From Eledone cirrhosa (lineage: Eukaryota): DNA of 64,000 nt. The translations under genes and the position numbers were made by a program. The notes under the pieces were generated by a model. The model was not told the DNA's origin. It saw only the letters and a program-made list of their open reading frames with translations, and searched no databases. The stretch is taken from positions 114,452,001 to 114,516,000 of the forward strand of contig OZ024742.1 in NCBI GenBank assembly GCA_964016885.1, read 5' to 3'. Positions 1 through 11,961 of this stretch are shown piece by piece. Numbering within the stretch: the stretch's first letter is position 1; each line of letters opens with the position of its first letter.

Positions 1-500
1 CCCTCATTTCCCACTGGCTCGTTTACCTGACATACTCCACTCTCCATTTCCAAATTAATCTCTCTGCTCAGTTCCTACAGTTCCAACTGGCTTATCCATC
101 CATTAGTTATTATTACCCGAGCCTACCCGGCTAATTTTTGCTAATCTAATTCAAATAGACCAATCTCGTTCCAGATGTTATGCATCCGTTTCCTATAGCC
201 TTTTTAGGTAACGTTTCATGACAGTGCTATTCAATTCTTTCGTCCAGTTGGTTCTAGTCACTTTCCTTCTTCCTCCAACACCAGCATTATTTGGATAACA
301 GCCATGTCTCTGCTGCTGGGCCCGGGAGCACCTGCTGGGTGAGAGTCTTTCACATGACGTTCCAGTCTCCTCTTCACCGTTATTCGAACTGTTTAGGTTC
401 AACATTTAAACACTGATGACGAGGATTCGTGAATGTATGGTTACATACCACCGGTGATTTGATCACGCCTGGTGATTTTAACGTGGCAACATCACGCTGT
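1..500 (-). mobile_element. 5' end of a degenerate R4/Dong-like RLE non-LTR retrotransposon, running off the left edge
   Basis: ORF 193..405 (RTNWTKELNSTVMKRY) continues after a frameshift as RKRMHNIWNEIGLFELD*QKLAG*ARVIITNGWISQLEL, resembling the N-terminus of the element at 15793..17721 (REKWSRVDNKEVLEAF...KLANIRRNI). Confidence 0.6.
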
Positions 501-807
501 AGACGGACATAAATAAATAAACAAATACATAAATAAAAACATAAAGAAATAAACATAAGTTTCATTGTATTGTTTGAATTTCTGACTTAGTTTTTGTTGT
601 GTTTCAAGGCCAGTAACATCGGTTACTAGTGACATTGTTGCTGCTGCTGCTGTTTTTTATCGTAGCTTCGCTAAGCTCGTAGTCCCGGCCACGAGGGAGG
701 TAGGGGGTGTTGCGTTCAAAACTTTTGAAATTTGTTTTTCTTTTGCTGTTGCGTTTGGTTTTGTCTGAGTTCTGTTCGGTAATTTTTCGATTTGTTGCTT
801 ATCATTT

Positions 808-990
808 GGATTGGCAGTATCGGTAGAGGGTCGGACGCCATGCTTTCCAGAAAAGTGTTACGGGCATTTATGGTCTGACTTCAAATCCCGCCGAGGTAAA
901 CTTTGCCTTTCATCCTTACATGTTCGATAAAATAAAGTATCAGTAATACACTGTGTAATTGCTGGCCTTGTGCCAAAAGTACAAACAATT
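808..990 (+). mobile_element. Degenerate tRNA-derived SINE (octopus-like family)
   Basis: A-box-like TGGCAGTATCGG, B-box-like ACTTCAAATCC, body ctttgcctttcatcc...gataaaataaagta and 3' end aattgctggccttgtgccaaaa before (TA)n. Family assignment is from memory. Confidence 0.65.
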
Positions 991-1550
<560 letters not shown>

Positions 1551-1805
1551 GAATGAAAACTAGAGAAATTAATGTAAGCAAAATGCCAACAATAATTCAG
1601 GCATAAAAGTGACTATACCATCAAGATGAAAAAAATATTTAATGTAAGATATGGGAAAAGTAATACAATCTTATTTTTTAAAAATCAAGAAGAGAAACTT
1701 TATCCTCAAACTTTGTGTAAGTTGGGGGACAAAGCAGTATAATCTTAACTCAAAATAAAATCAAGGAGAAATACTTAACCGTCAATTTAGAGAAAACTAC
1801 AAATG

Positions 1806-1882
1806 CACTATATAGCCTTAAAAGACTATTTCACGAGATTTTCAGTGGGGTTATTTACGTTTGGAGTCGATCTTCAGTAGTG
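1806..1882 (-). ncRNA. Type I hammerhead ribozyme in a (TA)n-flanked element (about 1551-1918)
   Basis: Minus strand CACTA CTGAAGA T CGA...TCG T GAAA TAGTCTT tt AAGGCTA TA TAGTG: stem I CACTA/TAGTG, intact core, paired stem III, AUA cleavage triplet. Confidence 0.75.
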
Positions 1883-1949
1883 TTCAATACATTAACTAGA
1901 TCGTACTTCTAAAATACATATATATATATATATATATATATAAATATAA

Positions 1950-2215
1950 AACCTCGATCACCTTGACCGACCAGTCTGACGGGCACCAATCGGCGCCGCT
2001 GTTCACAGCTCGACCTGGTATTTTAGCCATAAGATAGCTCCATCACACTGGGTGGGCTGGCAGCCCGGTACTCATTTCTACAGCTGAGTAAACTGGAGCA
2101 ACGTGAAATAAAGTGTCTTTCTCAAGGAAACAACACATCACCCGGTCCGAGAATTGAACTCAAAACCTTTCGTTTGCAAGCCCAATGCTTTAACCACTAA
2201 GCCATGAACCTTCAC
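1950..2215 (-). mobile_element. tRNA-derived SINE
   Basis: Minus strand A box TGGCTTAGTGG and B box GAGTTCAATTC, followed by a central domain ccttgagaaagacactttatttcacgttgctccag...ctcagctg. Confidence 0.8.
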
Positions 2216-2415
<200 letters not shown>

Positions 2416-2994
2416 TTTCGTTTCTGAATTTGTTTAGGAAGACTCTTTATCTGAAATCGTGTGTTGAAACCGATATTGTTATACTTTGGGAGGGTCATGT
2501 TGCCAATAAGAAACACACGCACCAGTTGCTTTCACTTCAATTTATTATATATTTATAAATTTATAAATTTTCAAATCTACAAACCTATAAATTTCCGGTT
2601 GGCCGGCTGGCTCCACAACCAGACAGCCGCTTATATATATAGTCATAGTCCCTTCGTCACACACCCCGTGACCCCCCTCAGTGACAACCCCCCCCGCCCC
2701 TTCGCCTCTGTGCCTCCCCCTTCTTCTATCCCATGCCACCCTGCCTCTGTGTGTGCGTTGTGTGCTCAGTTTGCGCATGAGCCACATCCGGTCACTGAGG
2801 GGGTCACGGGGTGTGTGACGAAGGGACTATGACTATATATATAAGCGGCTGTCTGGTTGTGGAGCCAGCCGGCCAACCGGAAATTTATAGGTTTGTAGAT
2901 TTGTATATTTATAAATGTATAAATATATAATAAATTGAAGTGAAAGCAGCTGGTGCGTGTGTTTCTTATTGGCAACATGACCCTCCCAAAGTAT

Positions 2995-3000
<6 letters not shown>
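2416..3000. mobile_element. PLE family A 3' end (pLTR) as a foldback (arms about 2474-2685 and 2791-3000); A-to-G hypermutated copy
   Basis: Arms are reverse complements; homologous to the 3' UTR of the GIY-YIG palindrome at 61532-63317 and to 48739-49195; flanked by (TA)n. Confidence 0.9.
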
Positions 3001-3067
<67 letters not shown>

Positions 3068-3121
3068 TGTATATATATATATATATATATATACATATAT
3101 GTATATATATATATATATACA

Positions 3122-3260
<139 letters not shown>

Positions 3261-3292
3261 AGATCAAAAGATGGTTAAAGGAGTTCAATATA

Positions 3293-3359
3293 TTTTATTA
3301 TGCGCATTTCAAAAACAAACATCATCAAACAATAATATTTGTGTTTTCATCAGATAAAA
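3293..3359 (-). ncRNA. Minimal type I hammerhead (family B, left arm)
   Basis: Reverse complement of the motif at 3468-3534. Confidence 0.75.
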
Positions 3360-3467
3360 CAGGAGAACATGACATGAAGGCTAAAAAAAACACTTGTTGA
3401 TAGTGCAGTTTTAAATCAACTGCACTATCAACAAGTGTTTTTTTAGCCTTCATATCATGTTCTCCTG

Positions 3468-3534
3468 TTTTATCTGATGAAAACACAAATATTATTGTTT
3501 GATGATGTTTGTTTTTGAAATGCGCATAATAAAA
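3468..3534 (+). ncRNA. Minimal type I hammerhead (family B, right arm)
   Basis: TTTTAT CTGATGA [long A/U stem II] GAAA TGCGCA TA ATAAAA: stem I pairs, canonical core, palindromic loop 3. Confidence 0.8.
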
Positions 3535-3660
3535 TATATTGAACTCCTTTAACCATCTTTTGATCTTATATTATGCATACTCCAGTCCCACAAACTGTAG
3601 AGTGCTTCTTATCCGATATCTGCATTGCTTTATTGTACTACAATAAAACTCACCTCCTAC

Positions 3661-3743
<83 letters not shown>

Positions 3744-3892
3744 TATGCACGTCAATACTCATCTTTTTCCATTTATCTGAGGGGTCTAAACCCCGTTACC
3801 AGGCTAAAATTCCTTTAGTCAGAAATACGGTGAAAGCTATTCTATTTTATAATTTCAAACCTGCTCACTGTTTCAAAACATACTTACTTACC

Positions 3893-4088
<196 letters not shown>

Positions 4089-4097
4089 ATATATAAA

Positions 4098-4289
4098 ATT
4101 AACACAAAAACAGTGATAGTTTTAAAGCTAATCTCTGACTGGTAACCATCTCACTCAACAAACATTAGCTTATATTTTAATATAAACCCAAAATCAGTGT
4201 TTGGGGTGCTAACAATATGTATTATGTGGAAAAGCCAGTTGTATTATTTTATGAGATATAATTAAAGTTAAAATATATCTATCTTTCCA
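4098..4289. repeat. Dispersed repeat fragment, same family as 55190-56685
   Basis: ctggtaaccatctcactcaacaaacatta...gagatataattaaagttaaaatatatct is shared with 55190-55380 and 56179-56365. Confidence 0.85.
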
Positions 4290-4293
4290 TATG

Positions 4294-4375
4294 ACCGCAA
4301 TGGCCGAGGGTTTAAGGCGTTGGACTTGAGTTAAAATGGACAAATGTCCGCGTGGGTTCGAACCCCACCCGTGCT

Positions 4376-4376
<1 letters not shown>
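4294..4376 (+). pseudogene. tRNA-Leu(TAA)-derived pseudogene
   Basis: TGGCCGAGGGTTTAAGGCG D-arm, long variable arm GGACA-aa-TGTCC and T-arm GTGGGTTCGAACCCCAC; acceptor and anticodon stems are broken and the anticodon reads TGA. Confidence 0.8.
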
Positions 4377-4420
<44 letters not shown>

Positions 4421-4424
<4 letters not shown>

Positions 4425-5110
4425 AATTAGGAAAGAAGAGTGACACGGTTTGCTATACAAAAAAGGCTTTTAATCTCATTGCTGACAATTGTTCCTCTGA
4501 ACTGGTAGGTCTAGAGATCGCTACCCGCTTGTTTTCGCTTCATTCGATCACCAATACATAGTTGTAACCAGTAATTTCAACGGAGCCTGCGAGAATAAAG
4601 GGAATATACATGCATGGCTTCTATATATCGTAATGGCGTTCAATCAGAACAATAAAACCAATGCTAACAATGCTAGCGATAAATTATTTGAAATAATCAC
4701 AACATCAATCTAAGTAAGAAACATAGTATATCTACGACTGTAGTTTGTTAAACTAGCTGACATGATGCAGATGTATGAAATTTACATGTAGAAGTTGTCA
4801 TGGGGTGTATTATATATAGTGTAGAGATAAGCCAGTGGCTTTAAACAATGTACTATTTCCTTTACCGTAGGTCTAGTGACCGTAATAATTATTTATTATC
4901 TGACAGATGAAATATTTATCACTGTAGTCAGGATAGAATTATTTGTGGTGTGAGGTTGTTTCAATACTTATGTGGTCTATATTAGATGAAGGGACTGTTA
5001 TTTCGAATCGCGGATTAGTTTAGCTTTCACATCATCAAAAACGTACATGTATAAGATCACATTGACAGAGTAGCAATATAATAGGTAAGTTAATAGAGAG
5101 GTTAAGGAGG

Positions 5111-5141
<31 letters not shown>

Positions 5142-6988
5142 GAGAAAACATGCTGACTACAATTATAACAGGAGGAAGGTGATATTTTACTGTAGTAGTA
5201 TTCTGAAATGTGCTTGGATTTAGGTTCATTTGTTGAGAGTCAAGGGTGAGGATGTTGTGTTGACAGTAGCTGAGAAGGGATATATTTATGGGTTGATAAG
5301 ATACTTGCAGACATTACTGTGGTATAGAATTAAGAGGCTAGAATGTACTTAATGATTATAGTTCTGTGGTGGTCCGTGTAATATCGTGGATATCATATGT
5401 TGAATGCTAAGTTATGTCGGTCCGATTCACGGAGGCTTAAATCTTGTGAATTTAGTGGCGATCCTGTGCTTGCAGAAAATTTATCTTTCTAACTCGTTGT
5501 TGAGTAGCCTTTTTACATTACTAAGGATATATATTAATTCTAGATCACAGAGCCCACAGTAGGACATACCGGTACTGTACCCTAGCGGCCGACAACCTCG
5601 ACCAGTTGATATTATAGTTGGTGCTATTGTCCTTAAGCTCCCATATTTTTTTGGCGAGGGTTGTAGAACCCGTAAGTGCACTGTACTTCATCGAGTGTCT
5701 GTGCACATACCATCTTTTTTTAAAAGTACCCGCGGTGGATCCAATGTAATGCCAAGTGGTATTGCCACAGTCGACCGTACATATGTACACTAGGCTCGAA
5801 TCAAGGCATCTATTCGCCAATGGGCACCTATCCGGTAGGTGACAGTTGCAGTTTGAGGTGTTATTCCGTGCAACTTCCACACTGCTGTTTTGTACACTGC
5901 TATAAGTGGGTTGTGATTTATGCCCGTTGAAGTTTTGCTGCTGCGTGCTTATATGTGTTTGCGGTTATGATACTGTGATGTGTTTATGTTAAGTTGGTGC
6001 TATGTTGCGCATAGGTGGTGTGGATTCCCTAGAGGTATTTCTGTGGTTGATCTTGCGTATGTGTGATTCTATATTTGCAGCCGTAGAATATGAGACCTAT
6101 AGTTTTTATATTGAGGATTTTATGATATCTGTGTGATATAGGGAAGTGTTTATCTATTAGTTTAAAGAACGGAGAAGGCAGTCTAGTTTTTACAGAGAAG
6201 TTGAAGATTGGATTGAACCACAGATATTTTCTTTCTCTGATTTGTCTATTGTTTCTAGGGTTTACATTATTGGTGTTTGGACCACTTATTCTAGGTGTTA
6301 CGCGCCTAACTCTATGTCTAATCATGTTACCTCTATTTTTGTGTGAGCGGTTGGTGTCATTGTTAGTAGGTTTGTTTAAGTCGTCTTTATTCGTTATAAA
6401 CTGCAGCTTATATTTATGCCCGGCCCTATGTAATGCCGCGTTATAATAGTTAGCATGTTCATTAAAAATGTCTAGGTTTGAGGATAAGCGAGATATTCTA
6501 AGGGATATACTATTTGCTATGGATCTGGGATGGTTTGAGTTATAACTAATGTAGGCCAGATTCTCATTATTTTTGTGGAAGGATTCCATTAATCCCATAT
6601 TTAGATTTAGAGTCACATCTAGAAAGTTTACCTTTTTAAGGTTCAGTTCGTAGGTAATACTTAGGCCTTGTTTTTGAAGAATGTTCTAATGTTTTTTTCT
6701 AAATATTTCCATGCTCTGGTTGTTTAAGTTCCTAGCTATAAGGAGCGTGTCGTCTCTATAAATCCATCCTTGGAGGTTACTGAATTCCTTATGTAGGTTG
6801 TGTTCTATAAATAGCCCCACGACGTCAGTTATTTGCGCAGAGTCATTTGATCCCATTGTGATATCGAAGCTGTTTATCTTATCTTTTCTTACCCAGTAGT
6901 AGTTATTTTCAAATGTTATGATAGTCCTTGTAGCCGTTATTATTATTTCAATTTCCTCAGGGGTAAGATCGCAGTTATTGTGGGCAAA
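4421..6988 (-). mobile_element. Naiad-clade PLE, 5'-truncated and frameshifted (RT, thumb, GIY-YIG, long 3' UTR)
   Basis: ORFs 6686..6985 (FDITMGSNDSAQITD, WIYRDD), 6029..6616 (YISYNSNHP, LWFNP) and 5481..5880 (CNCHLPDRCPLANRC, VYICTV, HYIGST, CGLC); both ends in (TA)n. Confidence 0.9.
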
Positions 6989-7132
6989 TATATATATATA
7001 TATGTATATGTATATATGTATATATATATATATATATATGAATGTCACCCCACTGTTGATCAATATGCGCATATGTTTTATGTGTCTCTTGGGTTGAAAA
7101 GGAGGTCAAGTATGTTATAGAACAGTAAATAG

Positions 7133-7181
7133 TTGCTCCGAAGAATCCAAACCTCGGTTTGGAGGAAACAATTGTAAGCAA
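7133..7181 (+). ncRNA. Minimal type I hammerhead variant in small element family C (7039-7220)
   Basis: TTGCT CCGAAGA A TCCAAACC tc GGTTTGGA G GAAA CAATTG TA AGCAA; the sister copy at 29509-29558 has canonical CTGAAGA. Confidence 0.7.
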
Positions 7182-7215
7182 ATAAATGACTTAAACTGAA
7201 CTTTGATTATTGTAA

Positions 7216-7248
<33 letters not shown>

Positions 7249-7249
<1 letters not shown>

Positions 7250-8497
7250 GGAACAAGTAAGACCCCCACGGATGAGCTCAAGCCGTTTCGACGGCTAATT
7301 CTGGACTGAATGAAAATTTAATCTGGTATTTAAATAGCCGAGCTTTATCAAGGGGTAATTCCATATATGGTCAAAGAGATAATCACCAGGATTGGTCACA
7401 TCACAAGTTAGTAGTAAATCTGTGATGGCAAATGGGTGGGGGAAGGGGTAGCTGAACCTGCCGGTAGGAGAAAAGGGGAGAGGGGGTGGAGTAGACCCAT
7501 TCATGCGTTGGTAGTGCCAGCTACAGCTGGGTATGAGGTCAAAGAAGATACTAGGGAGAGGGAGGGGGAGGAAGTCGAAACGGTAAGTAGAAAAATGAAA
7601 GGGTAAAACTATAAAAATGACTGAGAGAGAGAAAAAAAAAATAACCAAAGTCTGGTTACTAAGACTTAAGTCTCTCGCTATTGCTAGGCTAAAGAAATAC
7701 ATAAATAAATAAATAAACCAATAAGTGAATAAAAGAATAGATAAATAAATTTAAAAAAAATATATATATATATATAATGAAGAATAAAAAATAAATAAAA
7801 AGAAACTAGGTGGGACGGAAATAAAGGGACCCTTATACGAGGTATAAGTGCGTGTTTCGTACGGTGACGGGTCAACAAAGGGGGGGGGGGGGCAAAATAC
7901 TAAAGAGACTACCACGAAATAATAAAGGTTTCTACCCCAATCACAGGGCCAGCAACCACCCAGAGCAAGAAAGTAAACTAGTACGAGAATATAATTCAGG
8001 GTCCCGCAAAAAAAAAAAAAAAATACTCGTGCTAACTCTAAGGGTACCGCCACGAAACAAAAAGTCTTATACAAGCTACATGAAAGATCATACGAAGTAA
8101 AAGTAAAGAACGGAAAATTAATACGGACCCCCCCACCCACCCACCCCAAAAAAGACAGGGAAAAAGAGGAAAGAAATACTGGATAAACGAGAAATTAAAG
8201 CAAAGATGCCACTAAGAAATATAGAAGGCACGGAAAAAAGGGACAGCGGTCGGAGAAGGGGGCAAGTATCCGAAGTCTAACACCTCTGCTATAAAAAGCG
8301 GAGTCAGCGAAATCTATCATAGAATAGGGGAGGGGTGGTAGTGCTGAAGCTACAAGGGACCGAGGGGCTACCTCGGGTGGGCGAAACAGACGACGACAAA
8401 GAAAGGGAACTGGGGTAGAAGGACTAGGGAGGGATGGGGGGAAGGAGGAAATATAGAGGAAGCGATAACAAATATAAAAGAAGATCTTACGTCTCCA
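7249..8497 (-). mobile_element. Non-coding PLE-like 3' region with a hammerhead-like variant at 7263-7355
   Basis: Minus strand CCC CTTGATAAAG CT CGGCTA...TAGCCG TC GAAA CGGCTTGAGCTCATCCG TG GGG; terminus shared with the 48104-48219 foldback; abuts (TA)n. Right boundary uncertain. Confidence 0.5.
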
Positions 8498-8558
8498 TTG
8501 GCAAGCAGGTGTTACCCCTTACAAAATAGGCAAGTGGGATTTTGCGTGCGATTTTGCG

Positions 8559-9663
<1,105 letters not shown>

Positions 9664-9694
9664 CATATATATATGTGTGTGTGTGTGTGTGTGA

Positions 9695-11935
9695 GAAGAA
9701 GTTTTAATGTTAATCATGGAGTAAGATATTAGCTGTATACTCAGTGAAATGACTTAAGCGATGTATGGGTGCAAAGCGAAAATAAATCTGTCCGCTTGAC
9801 ATAAATTACAAGTTCTAGATAAGGAAACGTTTGAATATGGAGAAGCAATGCATATTTTACGCCAATAAATTTTGTAATTAATGTTTTTGTCTTTTAAGGA
9901 CCAGATGAGTTATAAGAGTGCAGTGTTTGTTCTTTTAAGTGGGTATCTAAAAGACGAAGAATAGTTATATAGTCTTGCTTTAAAGGAAGTAGAATTAGAG
10001 CCAATGTAGGTATAATAATTGGTACTAGTTATCACCTTACATTCGTATACTAAATTTGTATCGAGGACATTTATTTACTAAATTATTAAGAGGACATTTA
10101 TTTCTATTAGGGCATTTACGATTAATGTTATTAACAGAGTTATTTGCAAGTGGCCCAGAATTATTTATAAAAGGAATTGTAGTGGAGGAATTAACTAAAG
10201 GAGGTGTTAATGTTTCCTGATTTAGATTACTATTAGGAGCATTCATCGAAATTACGTTTGACGTCGTATTTATATTTAGGTTATTTTGTCTAGGAGATTT
10301 CATCGAAATTAAGTTTGACGTCGTATTTATATTTAGGTTATCTTGTCTAAAGTTTACATTGACGTCGGGCATTATAGTGTTATTACTCTGACACTCAGGG
10401 TTGAATGCATATGAATTATTTAATATTTTAGTATTATGTTTTGAGATAACGTTAGAAATGTTGGAAGTGGGGGAATAAGAGAATTTAATTGTATGCTTAT
10501 TAAAGATCTTACTATAAATATGTGAAGGAGTGAAGCAAATTCACATGAAACAAATTCAACTTTTTTATCTCCTAGGGCCCGCATTAGGTGAAAAACTGCA
10601 TTTTAAAAACATTTTAAGGGTTTCTTTGGGGCGTTACGTCAGACCGATTTACTTGAAATTGTACCTATGTATTAGCCAGTCTCTTCTTCATACCGTAAGC
10701 AAAGAAAATCCAACTTCTTATGGCCTGGGGCCCGCATTAGGTGAAACACTTCATTTTTTCAGCTTCTTAGGGCTTTTTGGAGGCGTTACGTCTAGCCTAT
10801 TTTCCCGAAATTTCAGGGCGTATTATGCACATGAAAAAAAAGAATTCATTTTCTTGATCCCCTAGGTGATCAGGAAGGTGAAAACCTGCATTTTTCCTCC
10901 TTCATCGAGGAAAATATTAAATATTATCCAGCCATCAGAGTATTCGGTTTATTTTCTTTACATATTGTCCAGGCATGCAGTTCCTCCACAATTATGTCTA
11001 TTGGCGGCCCGCGTTCCAAAATACCTTATCCCGTGCAACGCCGGGTACCACTTCTAGTTACTAATAATTGAAAGAGAAAAAGGACCGTTTTATTAAATAA
11101 TAATTGTATATCTAGGTCTCCTCTTCAAAGTATTGGAATGCTTATAACTAGCTATATTACTATAAGTTCTGCCATGATCGGTTTAATTAAAGTATTTAAT
11201 TGTGTCTGGATAACCAGATCTGGATAGCGTATTATTGTAATAATTGGTTTCAGCGTCAAAGATAAGTCTATTAGAAGATAGATTAGAAATTCTGTTTTCA
11301 ACATTTCTGACTATAGCAGTTTTAACATTAACAGGGTGGTTTGATTTAAAATTTACATAATTTAGGTTCTCATTATCCTTATGGTATGGGTAATACAGGT
11401 CGGTTTCAAGATTAAGGGATATATCTAGGAAGTTAGCTAATTTTACGTTGTTCTCAACTTCAATTTTTCGGTTAAGGTGCTTAAATAGATCAAGTATAAT
11501 ATCCATGATAATATTAAGATTTAATATGTTACAGTTTAAGACAGTAAAAAAGGGTATCCTTCTCACGATAAATTCCATCGCGAAGTTGAGGAATTTTCCA
11601 GTTTAATGGGTTCAAGATGAAGATTCCAACCAAGTCCGTCACTTGCGCTGAATCCGACGAACCCATGGTGATGTCAAAATTGTTGGAAGTGTCAGCTCTT
11701 GTCCAATATTCGTTGTTTAATTCCAGGATAGTTTTTATTGCGGTGAGAATGATGTTCAATTCCTCTGCAGTGATGTCCGAATATTTAAACGCATAAGAGA
11801 GAGCCTTGTTGAGGAGTGAAGGAGAAATAGAAGAATAGTAACTGAGAATGTCAAACTGAAAAAATGATTGTTTGTTTTTATTATTCAAGTCATTGAACCA
11901 GTCAATCACATCAGATGTACCCAACCATAAATTTA
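9695..11935 (-). mobile_element. Degenerate Naiad-clade PLE interrupted by a Helitron
   Basis: 11529..11924 (FFQFDILSYYSSIS, FDITMGSSDSAQVTD), 11183..11578 (NFLDISLNL, YVNFKSNHP), then KCPNRNKCPL and LVYECKV...YIGS near 9950-10120. Confidence 0.85.
10539..11057 (+). mobile_element. Non-autonomous Helitron (3' end clear, 5' end approximate)
   Basis: Hairpin CCCG-tgcaacgc-CGGG (11030-11045), CTAG (11054-11057), then host T; internal subrepeats (gggcccgcattaggtgaaa twice); the Naiad frame resumes on both sides. Confidence 0.75.
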
Positions 11936-11961
11936 AATGAGAATTAGAGCAGTTAGAGCAA

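Noticed and set aside
408-452. CTGATGA...GAA with two small hairpins
   Set aside because: GAAA box and UH triplet are absent and there is no stem I.
3773-3852. TTAT CTGAGGG...GAAA...ATAA hammerhead-like motif
   Set aside because: Core deviates, pairing is weak, and there is no second copy to validate it.
4294-4376. Anticodon-switched tRNA (Leu body with TGA anticodon)
   Set aside because: Acceptor and anticodon stems are broken, so it is a pseudogene.
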